A stretch of 64,000 nucleotides of DNA, from positions 20,742,150-20,806,149 of the forward strand of contig NC_134026.1 in assembly GCF_964204645.1 (NCBI RefSeq). The letters run 5' to 3'. The notes below the pieces were generated by a model, which made no database searches, had not been told where the DNA came from, and was given only the letters and a program-made list of their open reading frames with translations. This DNA is from Tubulanus polymorphus. Its lineage: Eukaryota; Animalia; Nemertea. Positions 40,141-53,542 of this stretch are shown piece after piece. Made by a program: the position numbers and the translations under genes. The stretch's first letter is position 1. Each line of letters opens with the position of its first letter.

Positions 40141-42089
40141 AACAAACCAACAGCTGCACTAGACTGGTTGCCGGTCTCTACCTTCAGCTATTCTGACTGC
40201 GAATGCAGGTGGCGCAGAATTGGACAGGCGACCAGTCTACAGCTGCACATGTGAGTTACTTCCGGTGTGGAGCGATGCCCACCATATTGAAATTTGGTAA
40301 GTCGTGGAATCTTTTTAGAGCCTTTTACCTTTAATTCTTTTCTAACAGCTCAATATGTACCCGGAGATGACAGTAGAATAAATTCTGTGTCTTAAATCTA
40401 CCCGTAACCCGGTAAAAAGCAATTATAAACCCGAATTTTCGACGTATCGCCTCACGTCACATGTGCATAGTCACGGTCTGGTGAGCCGCACCTCTCCACT
40501 CCTCCACTCCATCATGATCCACCCAGTCCGTCCATCCAGTCCACTCTACCGTCAAACAACTGACCTATTGTTTTAGCTAGTACATATGTGGTAGAAAAAT
40601 GTCAAAGTTGTCCTACAATATTTATTCCGACATAGTAAAAACCATCTGTACTTTGGGTAGTTAGTTACCTAATCGTTGGTGGTAAGCTTTTATAATCGGA
40701 TGGGCTTATACCAACGTTAGGGATGACAAGGGCCAAAACACGGTTGAAAAAAGTAACACTTCAAAAATATACTTTCTATCCACTTCAGTCCACAATTAAT
40801 GGCTTATTTCACAAACTTACACAGGTACCTTTCGAAATAATCCAATTTTATGCATGTTTCGAGTGATTAATCAACATTATTTTGAGAAATTAATTAATTT
40901 CTCCACAAATTTCGCCATTGGCCGCCATTTCTCTGTATTGCACATGTGGCATGATAAGACAAGGGGACCTACAAGGATTTATATAAAACTTCCAAGACGA
41001 AACGACAATTTTTATTTTTGATGGTTTTCCAACCTATATTTCAAATCTTCGTGTTTTCCTTAATTAATATTTAAATAATAAATTCTGGTAAAAGAAAAAT
41101 GTGAATAAGTGTTGATTTCTTAATATTTTTCAATTTCGTCGTTTCGCTTTGTTAGTTTGTGCTGTTGTCCTGGCCTCAGTCCACAGGTGCCAGCACCTCC
41201 AGTAATTTTCAAAATGGCAGCTGTTGACTCTACGGAAATTTACTTTCACTTTACGGCCGATTTGCACATGGATTAAGATCGTCAGGTGAGGTGTTATAGG
41301 TATCAGACAAACTACGAATCTGTTGTGCGTCGATTACAACAAAAATTAGACGGATATCTTAAGAGACAATGAAATGCCAGGCAAATTACTCGTCAGTCAA
41401 ATTGGCTGACGAAGATTTCATACAAAAATGACCTTCCCATTCCTGACTGTGGTTTGTGAAAATATCCGATTGTGAAACTAAACCACAGACAGGTTACTGA
41501 CTATACTTTGGGGTGAAAGATGACCAGATGAATCTTGAAAACAATCCAACGATTATAAACGACCTGGCTTCGACATCATCAGTGCCACCTGCTGTTGAAT
41601 TGATAACATGTTGGATGAACAAAATCTGAACTTCTAATGGAATAAATCTGCTCAGGCGACATCGAAGAGAATTTCTTCAACAGCAAACGCATCACCTGAA
41701 GTAACATAGAGATATATCGTGCAAATGAATTTTACTGTAGAATTATGATCCTGATCATAAATAATCAGAAACCCCACTTTACAGTTCAGAAACCCCACTT
41801 CACATACAGACGCCATCATAATCATCCTGATATTGTCCTTCAACGTCAACTTTTTGGAATTAGTCATAAATCCCGGTAAAGAAAGAACATTGGCCCTTCA
41901 CTCTCGTAATCCGATACCTGTTGATTCGAAATTAATCATCTTTTTGAAAAGGTTCGTCTTATGGATTCGATTATGTAACTGATGTCTGTAATGTGTGAAG
42001 AGTTTATGATACCGCATTGAAATCAAATATTCTCTATTTCAGGCATAATTCCTATTTCTGTGGAACTACGCGAGAGTCTAAGAGGCATA

Positions 42090-42470
42090 CCGTAGGAGTA
42101 GTTCAGGAGCAGCATGTCGCGAGCAATTCAGGAATACCTGGAGTGGTTAAGAACAGTACTACGGGACTAATATAGGAGCCATGAGGGAATCAAAGTTAGG
42201 ATTAATGTAGTATCAAGTCAGGAGGATATGGAGCATCAGGAAAAGTGCAGGAGCAGCATCATAGGAGAAGCAAGAGCAGCATCATTGTAGTTCAGGAGCA
42301 GCATCATAGGAGCAGCAAGAGCAGCATCATAGGAGTAATGCAGGAGCAGCATAGGAGTAGCAAGATCAGCATCGGAGCAGTTCAGGAGCAGCATCATAGG
42401 AACAGCAAGAGAAGCATTGTAGGAGTAGTTCAGGAGCAGCAAGAGTCACAGGAGCAGCAGAATAAATCAC
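42090..42470 (+). repeat. Degenerate tandem repeat (CAGGAGCAGCATCATAGGAG core), open in one frame as QEQHHRSSKSSIIGVV
   Basis: The ~45-48-bp unit recurs about 5 times between 42248 and 42460, with a further partial copy near 42100. Confidence 0.75.
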
Positions 42471-42729
42471 AGAAAAGATAAGTAATATTAGAATATTATT
42501 GAAATAGGAATTTTTCTATAGCTGATAGACAGTGGGATACTGAGTTATAACCTGTTCAGTTCTAGTGTCTTTCAATTTGGTTTGACAAGTTATCGTCTGG
42601 TCTATTGCTCTGTCAGTTTTGTTAGTACATACTTGATATAGGTCTTAGAATAACTTATTATGTACCCCAAAACTGACCGAGCTAAGCCACTCGACATTGT
42701 CTCAAGCAAAGTTGAAACAGAAGACGGTT

Positions 42730-43462
42730 GAAAGAGGGAAAAGGTTGTTGAAATCAATTGAATTCGGCTAAATACGTCTCCGTCATGTATGAAGCTAGCT
42801 CAGAGTTATGGACCGTTTAGGTTTTGCAGCTCACTTCACATCAGCTCTAGATCAGTTCCGTTCAGTAACCAAGTGAATCAACCTAATCATAGCAAATAAA
42901 ATGATATCAGATTCTATATGAATAGATAATGAACCACATCTGAAACCATATTGTCTGAAAAATAGAAAGTTGAAAAATATTTTCTAATTCAGTCTGATTT
43001 GTGTCAGATTATAACTGTAGAAGTTTCACTCATTGTTTCGGTCTAATAGAGTTGTGACTGATGTACATGTAACACTGACTGTGTAACACTGCTGTCATTT
43101 GTTCACTTATTCCTTCTCAGTTGAAGAATGTTTGTTCTCTCATCTTCATTAGCGATAAGAATTATTCCCATCCGTCTAACTACAACATCGTAACATTTCT
43201 ACTCATCTAATCATAGAGGGAATGAGTTGTTTGGGTATGGAATGGTGCAGGGTATGGTGTAGTTGACCGTTAGGGTAGGATAGGGTAATGTGATACGGTA
43301 AGGTCGGTTGGATGATGCAGGGTTATTTGATGTGGTTGGATTAGATGATCAGTTTAATATAGAACTGTTTGGGGGTAAGTGATGTATGTGGTAGTGTACG
43401 ATGTGTATGTTCGGAGGGTGTATGATAACGGATTGAAAGGTTGCTGGTAGAGGGCGGTGCAG
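42730..43462 (-). repeat. Left arm (largest piece) of an inverted duplication of 50700-51740
   Basis: For example, GAGTTGTGACTGATGTACATGTAACACTGACTGTGTAACACTG (~43050) is the reverse complement of CAGTGTTACACAGTCAGTGTTACATGTACATCAGTCACAACTC (~51380). Confidence 0.85.
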
Positions 43463-43465
43463 TAT

Positions 43466-44610
43466 CATCCTCACTTTACCGGGGCTTGGGTTGTTTCCTA
43501 CTGACGTTCTTGTCATTACAAATGCTGACCGCAACTTCCTTCATCGCACTATTGGCATTCGAGGAATCATCCAGCCAATGAAAACAGGAATCATCCAGCC
43601 AATGAAAACAGAGGAATCATCCAGCCAATGCGATTGTGTTCACAAAATCAATAGCGTCTCTGTTATGTAAATACGACATGAAGCTGTATAGCCAAGTGGA
43701 CAAGTTCAATAAGTCTCATTGCTAGCTTTCAATCATTGTACAGGACCTGGAAAACAAAAAACCCTTGGACTGCCAATCACACCAGCAGGTCGAGCCAATC
43801 TAAAAAAAACTGCAAAAATAGTTGAGGATCAGAAAAATAAGATCAAAGGAAAAGTCCAAGTTAGGGTCAAGGTTTACTCTATATTTGATTCATCTGAAAA
43901 TGTTTTCTAGTTTTTGAACTGGCCTAGCGACCTGTGTCCCCGCCCGATGTGGTGGTGACCTGTTGGCCCATATGGGTGGCCTTGTGGTGACCTGCTTCCC
44001 TGTGGCTGACATGGTGTTGACCATGGGGGTGACCTGGTGGTGACCTGCCTCCCTGCCCGAGGTGGTGCAAACCTGACGGCCCATGTGGGTGGCCTGGCGG
44101 TGACCTGCCTCCTGTTGACTGCCCACCCGGGCAGTCAGATCACTGGTGTTGATCACTGGTGTTGATCTGTCTACCCACGGGGCTGACCCAACAGTGACCT
44201 GTCTGCCTATGGACTTGACCTGGTGTTGATCCGTCTGCCCACGGGGCTGACCCAACAGTGACCTGTCTGCCTGTGGACTTGACCTGGTGTTGATCTGTCT
44301 GCCCACAGGGCTAACCCAACAGTGACCTGTCTGCCTGTGGGCTTGACCTGGTGGTGATCTGTCTACCAGTGGGCTTGACCTGGTAGTGACCTGTCTGACC
44401 AGCGGTGACGACCCAATGGTGACCTGTCTACATGTGGGGGTTGACCCGGCACTGACCTGTTAGTGACCTCCTGTCTACCCATGTGGGTAACCTGGCTGTG
44501 ATGTATCTACCTGTGTGTGCGTGCGTATGGACGTATGAAGGAAGTTGGAGCAGCGTTTGTGTTCACTTGAACGTCAGTAGAAGGCAACCAGACCCTGGCA
44601 AGTGTGGATG
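43466..44610. mobile_element. Non-autonomous TIR element with CATCC...GGATG termini, TAT target duplication and an internal GC-rich minisatellite
   Basis: Imperfect ~44-bp TIRs CATCCTCACTTTACCGGGGC...CTACTGACGTTC and GAACGTCAGTAG...AGTGTGGATG. Removing the element restores colinearity with the inverted copy at about 51000. GTGACCTGTCTGCC repeats at 43930-44510; GAATCATCCAGCCAATG x3 at 43563-43630. Confidence 0.75.
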
Positions 44611-44932
44611 TATATGTGTGTTGATGGTATAGTTTGTTTAAGGTAGGGGGCGGTCATGAGGTTAAGGATACGGGTCAGGTATAGTAAGAATATGAAGGGG
44701 TAAGTTTAGGTGATGTCGGGTATAGATGTTTAGTGTTGTTGGGGTTGACATGAATTTGTTAGAATTTATCCATGTTTTCACTGGCAGATTTGTGGTGGCA
44801 GTGGATTCAAGTGGCAGATTTGAAAATATTTTTTGGTTTTGCCTAAAGATTTTTTTGAAATCTGTGATGTGGTATCATATGGTTATTTTCAAGTTAAGAC
44901 ATCTACGTCAAACATCTGGTTCAAACTAAATC

Positions 44933-45595
44933 CAGGCCCAACTGCACAGTCATGACATACGTCTTAGGTTGTTAGATTGGCTATAGAACCAAAATGAGTT
45001 TAGAATGGTCTTAAGTTGTTAGGTAAGTTATACAACCAAAATGAGCCGAGACTGGTCTTAAGTAGTTAGATTGGTTATAGAACCAAAATGAGTTTAGATT
45101 GGTCTTAAGTTGTTAGGTTAGCTATAGAACCAAAATGAGCTCAGACTGGTCTTAAGTTGTTAGATAGGCTATAGAACCAAAATGAGCTTAGATTGGTCTT
45201 AAGTTGTTAGATAGGCTATAGAACCGAAATGAGCTTAGATAGGCTATAGAACCAAAATGAGCTTAGATTGGTCTTAAGTTGTTAGATAGGCTAACACTGG
45301 TCTTAAGTTGTTAGATTGGCTATAGAACCAAAATGAGCTAAGATTGGTCTTAAGTTGTTAGATAGGCTATAGAACCAAAATGAGCTTAGATTGGTCTTAA
45401 GTTGTTAGATAGGCTAACACTGGTCTTAAGTTGTTAGATTGGCTATAGAACCAAAATGAGCTTAGATTGGTCTTAAGTTGTTAGATAGGCTATAGAACCA
45501 AAATGAGCTTAGATTGGTCTTAAGTTGTTAGATAGGCTAACTACACTGGTCTTAAGTTGTTAGATTGGCTATAAAACCAAAATGAGCTTAGATTG
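44933..45595. repeat. Satellite array of ~47-bp units derived from the interior of a MITE
   Basis: More than 12 copies of GGTCTTAAGTTGTTAGAT(T/A)GGCTATAGAACCAAAATGAGCTTAGATT, preceded by a MITE-like left end GGCCCAACTGCACAGTCATGAC. Confidence 0.9.
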
Positions 45596-46034
45596 CAATT
45601 TAGTGAAAACATGGATGGTTGGGTTGTGAGATGGTAAATCATGTGTCAGTCAGTCAGAGGAAAATATCACATCATGTATTCACAATATCCATTTCTAAGT
45701 CCGAAACTCACTTGCCAGTCTATAGTGTTGGAGTATTTTCATGCTCCAAATAATGAGAAATGTATTAAAATCACTACATATACAAGTCAAAGACTAAAAC
45801 TCGTTCAGTCAAAGACTTAAGGTCGAGATAGAGAGGCAGGTTGCAATTCTGTGCGCTATGATTGCTTTAAGGTGTGGATAGGTCGACCGTGGTACAGGAT
45901 GCGGGTCTCTGGGAGAACCAGAGAGGACCAGAGATCGGTTGACATGAAGCTCTCTTGCAATATCAGTTGTAGCCAATAAGTTGCATATGATCCACTTTCC
46001 CCACTAGCGATCTGCCAGTTGCAACTGAATTAAG

Positions 46035-46331
46035 TTGAGATTGCCATGGTACGAAACCCTGCCACAATAGACCAAGTGCGCAGCTACATGCGCTGCTTAG
46101 ATGATGTCATTATAAACCAATCAGAAATCCCGTTTTGTTTTAGCCTGGGTTTTCCCAATTTATAGTTCTTCCGTGAAATTGACCTCAGCGATTATACAAC
46201 CAGCAACCTGATTGGTGCTGCAAGTTTTCGTGCGGTAAAGCTGCGCACCCGGTCTAGTGTGGCAGGGGTTTGTGCCGTGGCTGAGTGTAGCGTTTGCATC
46301 AGGTTCGAATCCCTGCCGAGGGGAGGATGCG
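46035..46331. mobile_element. Left-truncated copy of the 58778-59104 element
   Basis: Shares CCAATCAGAAATCCCGTTTT...GGGTTTTCCCA.TTTATAGTTCTTCC and the right TIR. Flanked by the direct repeat TCTGCCAGTTGCAACTGAATTAAG at about 46011 and 46349. Confidence 0.7.
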
Positions 46332-47152
46332 CTATTTAAGGGATCATCTCTGCCAGTTGCAACTGAATTAAGCTGCTCTTGTAACTGTTAGAGGACTATA
46401 GTAGGGTGCTGACAGTGCAGGCAATCTAGCTCCCATTCACCACCAGTTGCAACCAATTGCCTTTGTGATTGTGATGCAAGTCGACTGCCTTTAAAGTCTT
46501 GATATAAGCGTATTCAATTTTTTCATTAGGCTTAAACGTTTGACTCACACATGGTTTACTATTGGAATTTATTGTTGGAAGGGTTTTGTGTAGTGTAGTT
46601 TGGTAGCTACACGTTGTGATGTCAGTCACATGTCCACACATAAACACACAAAGAGATTCTGGAAGATTTCTTGTTCTAGAGATCTAGAGATGGAAAAATG
46701 TATAGCGTTTTTGTTTTAAATATTTCTGGAATAATTGTAGTTTGGCTTTAGTCATTAATCAACAGTTCAAAATCAAATACGTGCCTTTTTGATGATTATT
46801 TGGACGCAGCCATTTTGAACCTAGCTGTAATGAAGTATTGTATGGAGAAAAGCATTTCTCTCGAAATTCCAGCCAAAGATTTTTTCAATGCAGCGAGCGC
46901 CGGAGGCATAGAATACTCACCCTTATAATACCTGTAACTGTGATGCTACTACATTTCACATGATTTTCGAGTAGCAACTTTTTGAACTGAAAGAATATCG
47001 CTCAAATGCTTTCGGTGGTTAGAGGGCGTTTGTGCTGTTGAACGGAGACACAGTGAATGTTTTGAACAATGATGAGGAATGCTCTCGGCGTTTTTCTAAT
47101 CAGAAGACTTTATGTGCTTTATTTTGAAAAAGTACAGTTCTCGCGACAGAGT

Positions 47153-47506
47153 CAGGGATGAAAATCCTTCGACCATAGACGGATTTCCGACCTTTTCTAA
47201 CATTTTCTTTATTCCTGAGAACAGTGTAAATCACCTCAATCGCTTTAATCACCTAAATCGCGGGCGTCACATCGGAGCGCTCCGTAGTTAGGAGTGCTCC
47301 TTAAGACGGTTTTCGGCAGTTGTTAGCGCAACTGTGGAGTCGGAGAAACCAATATGGCATCTCATTCAAAAAGCGGCTCTAATTCAGGCCCAAACTATTA
47401 ACATTTTGACCAAAAGGAAGTAAGTTTTTTGGCTAAAAGTTACTGATTTTTGTTCCCCAAAAAAATTCTTTTTTTTTGAAAATATTTTCCGACTTTTTCA
47501 TCCCTG
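47153..47506. mobile_element. hAT-like non-autonomous element
   Basis: TIR CAGGGATGAAAA / TTTTCATCCCTG. Confidence 0.6.
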
Positions 47507-48659
47507 AGAGATTGTCTCTAATGATACTGACGCATCACCCCCTCCCCCAACAACTTGAAGAGAAATCTCTAGAAAGAAATCTTCCTTTTAACTTATTTGT
47601 CTGTTTATCTATTTTTTCGTGTGAATATGTCTGGGTGTGATGACACGGATGGTGATAGGATAGAACAGGAGTGATGGAGTAGGGTAATGGGGTAATGTTC
47701 GGGCTGGTGGAACGAAGGAGAACTGAATTTTGAAACCTCATGATTTCACAAAGAAATGTATTAATCTTTCAATTTCACGGCTTCTGGAAAGAGAACCTAA
47801 ACGAAATAGAAAAATTGAGTTATATTTCTGACAAACTGCTTCATTCGATTTCACTATCACGATTATTCGGGTTTGTGTTAAAGCGCCTCCAGGTGGCGCA
47901 CTGATCAAACGATGGATTGGTTCACTTGCAGATCGACCCGATTATTTCTCACATCCAGATTCAAATCTTTGTCATCGGGAGTTTTTTTAAATCAGGATTG
48001 AATGCAGGACTCAACTAGTGACGTAACAAGTGTGAACAATTCCGCACCGGTCCGGTCCTGTGGGTTCATACACAGGGTCTATAGGATGCTGTATTACCGT
48101 GGGTCACTACAATCAGCGATGCGTGTCGGTTATTTGGTTATCGTCATGTGTAACAATTTCAACCGTTAATACCCTTTGATAAACTATGAGATATTTGGAT
48201 ATCTAAGGATTTCACAATTTGGCAAACTTGTGAAATCCTCCGGAGTCAGAAACTTTTGGCTTTTCAATAGATTCTGAATGGACGAAATCTGAACTATTGC
48301 GGAAAAGATGAGAAAATTGAGACAAATTACGGACACATTTCTCATATAGATAGCTGTAAAGATTCACCTATGTAAAGTTCACGAGTAGTTGGAGTTGGAG
48401 TTGGAGCTGGAGTGACACAAGTATTTTATTCAGTGCAAGCGCGTGCAGAAAAGCCCATCATTTCGAGTGATGGGTATTTTTGAAATTGGTTTCTCTCAAA
48501 ATATATGTGTACTGAAAATACTCACTTGTATTTGTATGAAATACCGATAGAAAATACTCAAATCTGTATTTTCTTATCTCTAGTTCAACTTAGTGTTATG
48601 TTCTGCATTCATTATGAACAAATTACTGACGTAATTATCTTTGAATGTTTATGGTGCAT

Positions 48660-48916
48660 CAGGGTGCGATCTAAGGAATGAAAGCCACTTGCCCGGGGGA
48701 CAAGCATATCTGAAATTTCGCTTGCCCCCTCCAAAAGCTATTTGCCCTTCACAGGCAGTCTGATTGCTGGCACTATCATCCGTTGTATCGAGTTTGAAAA
48801 AAGTTTTCTGACATTAAATTGCACAAGCCCGGCGGACAGTGATAATGATAACACACTCGCCCTGATGAGAATATACTTGTCTCGGGCAATCGGACAAGTG
48901 CATAGATCAGACCCTG
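48660..48916. mobile_element. hAT-like MITE related to 10953-11094
   Basis: CAGGGTGCGATCTAA...TAGATCAGACCCTG, flanked by TGCAT/TGCTT. Confidence 0.6.
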
Positions 48917-50699
48917 TGCTTTCAATACAAGCCTGTATGAAGCCCGTCCTTTCGAACACACACGGGACATTTTCGAAAAATACTCAAAATTCTATTGCGT
49001 CTTTATTTTCTTAGTCGTTGACACAAGTTATAAGGCAAATGATGTTATCTTAAAAAATGTGCTTTCAGCATGTCCTAGAAGGATAGAACTCGAACAGCGT
49101 GACTTCAACTGGGATGTAAATACTCGGGTTTATATCCTTGTTTTAGACCCAGCCTTACCATCCCTACCTCCTTCCCTCACTATTCTAAAATCTCTATATG
49201 AGATACATCGAGAATGATGCTTGTGAAGATTGAATTCATTGATTCATTTTGGAATTGAAACTTGTTTCATGGAACAAATGGTGCTGCAAATAAACAATAT
49301 CATCAAACAATGATTTATTCTGATTGACTACAGTGGACTTCGCTCAAGTCTTTTTGGGACCGTAAAAATGTGTCCGACTTGAGAGTGACATCTGAGTGGG
49401 ATGTTATTATGTATTTCACCTCACAAAAATATCAGAGTTGAACGGATCAGATTTGATCGGATCTGACTACAGAGTCTACTGTAAAGTGAATCGCCCTGCC
49501 CTACTACTGGTTTTAAAAGGAATTATTGAGATAGATTCAAACCCAGTTCAATTGCTATATTTCCTATATATACACTTACTGCCGGGTGGTACTGATACAT
49601 AGCCATGTGAGAGAGGAGAGAGAGAGAGCCATGAAGAACCTGAAGAGTGGAGGGTTTAGTCCAGTGGTCTATTCCTACCTCGACTCAAAAAAAAGAAAAA
49701 ATGACATAAAGAGTGGGGTCCGAGAGCAATTCGAAGGTTTAGTCCCCTGTCCGCCTAGCGGGTAGGCAGCGGTCTATTCCTACCTCAACTCAAAAAATCG
49801 GTCAGCTTAAAGCGACCAAGCACTAAAGTGTGGTCCGAAGGGTAGTCCTCTGCTGGCTTAAAGGGCGGGCAGTGGACTATTCTTACCTCCCGTGCTTAAA
49901 AGTGTTCACAAAAAATGGCTATTGAGATGTAGTGTGAGAGTGAGAGAGAGGAGGTGCTGAGTTTCATGTACCTCTGGGCTTTACTTGATACATATAGGAA
50001 ATAATTAATGGTTTAAACCTTGAATTTACTAACAATTTATTGTGGGTTCAGAGTCTATTTCTCAACAGTTTACTGTTAACAAGCTGGTAGTAGGGTAAAA
50101 ACTACCGGTATTCAGAGATTTGTGAATCAGAAGTTTTGCCGTCATTTGCTTCATGAATCGTTCACTTGTTAAAATGAATGATGTGACACCCATGTAAAAT
50201 ACTGTTACTGGTTTATCATTGTTTTGATGGTGTCTTGGTATTCAATATCTTGCAGGTATCGTCTCCTAGTATTTCACATGGAATTGAGGAGTGTCTGAGT
50301 GAATGGGAGACATAGAGAGATTGGGCTCAAAATATCTCACTCGTTCGTTTAGGTTTAGTTTGAGATCATCTAATCAATTTTAGTGTATACATCGTGGACT
50401 ACTTTCAACTAGTAGTTCATCGTAGGTTTTAGACGTCACATCCGTAGCTCCTTCCACCACTCGTGAATTTACAATTCATTCCTATCCGATGATGTTATTT
50501 ATGATGGAATGTGTTAAAGTAGATGTCTATATTTTCATCTTTTCATAAATCGTGAAAAAATCTGGCTCATTTGAATCGAAAGCCATCAAAAGACAATAGT
50601 CTTACGCGATAATGATGGAAAATTCAAAATACAAATAGCTGTAAGGATTAAGGCATAGTTTTGAAGGGATAGAAGGCATTGAGATGTCTAAAGGGATTG

Positions 50700-51740
50700 C
50701 CTGTAGGTGGCTGAGAGATGGATGCCATTTCCTCCGAGCCCATACCTATCACTCATCACATCCTGTTGTGTCCTAGCCTCACCCCCTACATCACATCGTG
50801 TACCTCCCAAACTACACTACCAACCTTCTTCAGACGCCACCCATCCCGACCATTTCTACCGAATTCACCCTCGCCTCAACAACACCAAACATCCTTCCCC
50901 CACATCACCCAAACTTACACTTTCATATTTCTGTGACCATGCCTTACCCTATCCTTAACCTATCCTTAACCCTTATCCTACACAAACCATGCCATCATCA
51001 CACCTGTACCGCCCTCTACAAGCAACATTTCAATCCGTTATTATACACCTCCCTAACTATACATCGTACACTACCACATACACCCAACTCAAACAGTTCT
51101 ATATTAAACTTATCATCTAATCCAGCCATATCAAACAACCCTGCATCATCCAACCTGACCTTACCTTATCACAATGTCCCATCCTCCCCTAACGCGTCAA
51201 CTCCCATACCCTGTCTCATTCCATACCCAAGCGCCATACTCCTCATTCCCTCTATGATTAGATGAGTAGAAATGTTATGATGTTGTAGTTAGACAGATGG
51301 GATTGATTCTCATTGCTAATGAAGGTGAGAGAACAAACATTCTTCAAACTGAGGAGGAATAAGTGAACAAATGACTGCTACAGTGTTACACAGTCAGTGT
51401 TACATGTACATCAGTCACAACTCTATTAGACTGAAACAATGAGTGAAACTTCTACGGTTACAATGTGACACAAATCAGCCCGAATTAGAAAATGTTTCAC
51501 AACTTTCTATTTTTTAGACACTTTGGTTTCAGATGTGCTTTAAGATCTATTCAAATAGAATCTGATATCATCATTTCAGTTGCTATAATTTGGTTGATTC
51601 ACTTGGTTACTGTACGGAACTGATCTAGAGCTGATGTGAAGTGAGCTTAACCCAAAACGGTTCATAACTCTAAAGCTAGCTTCATATGGAGTGAGACATA
51701 TGGAGCCGAATTCAATTCATTTCAGCAACCTTTTCTTTCA
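50700..51740 (+). repeat. Uninterrupted right arm of the inverted duplication (C/A-rich skewed segment plus AT-rich segment)
   Basis: Matches 42730-43462, 44611-44765 and about 47640-47715 in reverse complement. Confidence 0.8.
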
Positions 51741-53542
51741 TATTGATTGGGAGTCCACTGTTTGCGCTACATACAAACATACATCTGCACATTTTGTATG
51801 AAGTGAATTTATTAATTAATTAATACTCTTATTTCTTAGTTTGAGAGGAAGAGGATGTCCCCTTGAATATATTTCAATTCCACACGACAAGTGGTATGTA
51901 TGAAGGTATAATTTCATAATTTCCTGCGATAGAATCTGATAAAATGATATCTATTGTTTTCATTTCAGTGTCAAATGAATGAACTAGTAGCTGATTTGAA
52001 CGGAACTCTACTGTCTGACACTTGTGGTTTGTATTGAGACTTTTCATATAAAGATCAACAACTTATTTCATCATTAACAATTTTATAATTTGTATTCCTT
52101 CAGTTTAAAGAATCTGATAAAGGAGGTGATGATCCGTTTATTAAACTCATAGTTGCGCTGGCTACTGATATGGGAGGTATGTATCGTATCTGGAGCCAAT
52201 TTTACTCTTGATTTCAACAACTGATTCCTTATGATTTTGTCCATCATTTTTCATTAGAAGGAACTGTGTAATTTGTCTGAGTGTCCGTTAATGTTAGTTG
52301 AACTATAACTCAGAGAAATGAACCGTGGATGTGATAACTACACACAGATTTCATGTAAGTATCTGGACAATTTTCATTATCAATATCTTCCGCTGAAGAA
52401 TCTGATAAATATAATGTTATGGACTTTGTGTTTTTCTTTTTAGTTTAACTGTAGCCGATAACTTAAAACCTAAACCAAGGATGTAATATTGCCACAGATA
52501 TCAGGAGTCGGCTACTGGTGTGCGGTATGTGTATGAAGACAAAATTCTATTTGAACAACTGATTTTGTGCCTATATAATGATTGAATCTGTTATTTTCAT
52601 TTCAGTGTTTGTCATTATAAGCTGAACTGGTAAATAATAAACGTACAAACTCCACTGGTTTAGTCACCTACAGACACATGGTATGTGTATAGAGACAAAT
52701 TCAATGAATCTGAAATACTTAGTTTCTTAGTTATAAATGATTTTCCATTTTGTTTTAATCTGTTAGGAGATGAACTGAACAAATCATCTGTTCAAATCCT
52801 CCATCAATAAGCGGTATGTATAAAGACAAAATTTAGACAACTTATTTCATAATTTCCTGCAATAGAATCTGATAAATCTGAATCTGTTGTTTTCATTTCA
52901 GTGTCAATCATTGTTCTTTGTTGAACTGTAAAGAATGAATGAACCAACATCTTATTTGAACTGAACTCTACGGTCCATGGTTGAACAGCTATAGACATAC
53001 AGTACGTGGTATGTGTGTATGGAGGCAATTTCAATTTATTTGAAACGCTTGTTTCATTATAATTATTGTTAATTATTATCATGATTATCCATTTTGTTTT
53101 AATCTGTTTAGGAGAAACCTGAACCAAGGATGTTATATTCCCACAGAAGTCATGTATGTATCACAACAACTTTCATTATCAATGAATATCTGTTATTTTC
53201 ATTTCAGTGTCCTAAGTTGAACTGTAAGGAATAGAACCAATGGCTGAATTGTTCAGTCAATGTTTGAGTCGGCTTCAGATATGAGTGGTATGTGTGTATG
53301 GAGACAATTCAATTTCTACAACTGATTTTGTGTTTTGTTTTTTGAAGAGGAATCTGTGAGAGATAGATGTTATAATGTAGAATTTGTTATTCTCATTTCA
53401 GTGTCCATCAATATTAAGCTGAACTGATTCAGAATGGACTTATAGATAATGAACTGTATTGCTGGAGTCAGCTACTAGTATGTGGTATGTGGTTGGAGTC
53501 AGAAATTCATCAATTACTTCATAATTTCCTATAATATAATCT

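Noticed and set aside
43890-44306. 138-aa minus-strand ORF
   Set aside because: It is read through a GC-rich minisatellite inside a TIR element, with no domain or splice support.
44933-45595. CRISPR-like regular repeats
   Set aside because: There are no unique spacers, the context is eukaryotic, and the monomer derives from a MITE.
46270-46325. tRNA gene (GGTTCGAATCC)
   Set aside because: It has no anticodon arm or complete cloverleaf, and it is part of a repeated TIR element (also at 58790 and 59078).
49630-49895. Three degenerate copies of GGTCTATTCCTACCTC between GA-rich tracts
   Set aside because: This is probably a TE fragment; I could not define termini or a function.
50707-51265. 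Pro/Thr/His-rich ORFs (mucin-like)
   Set aside because: They arise from C/A strand skew in all three frames. There is no signal peptide or clear splice boundaries, and the inverted copy is disrupted.
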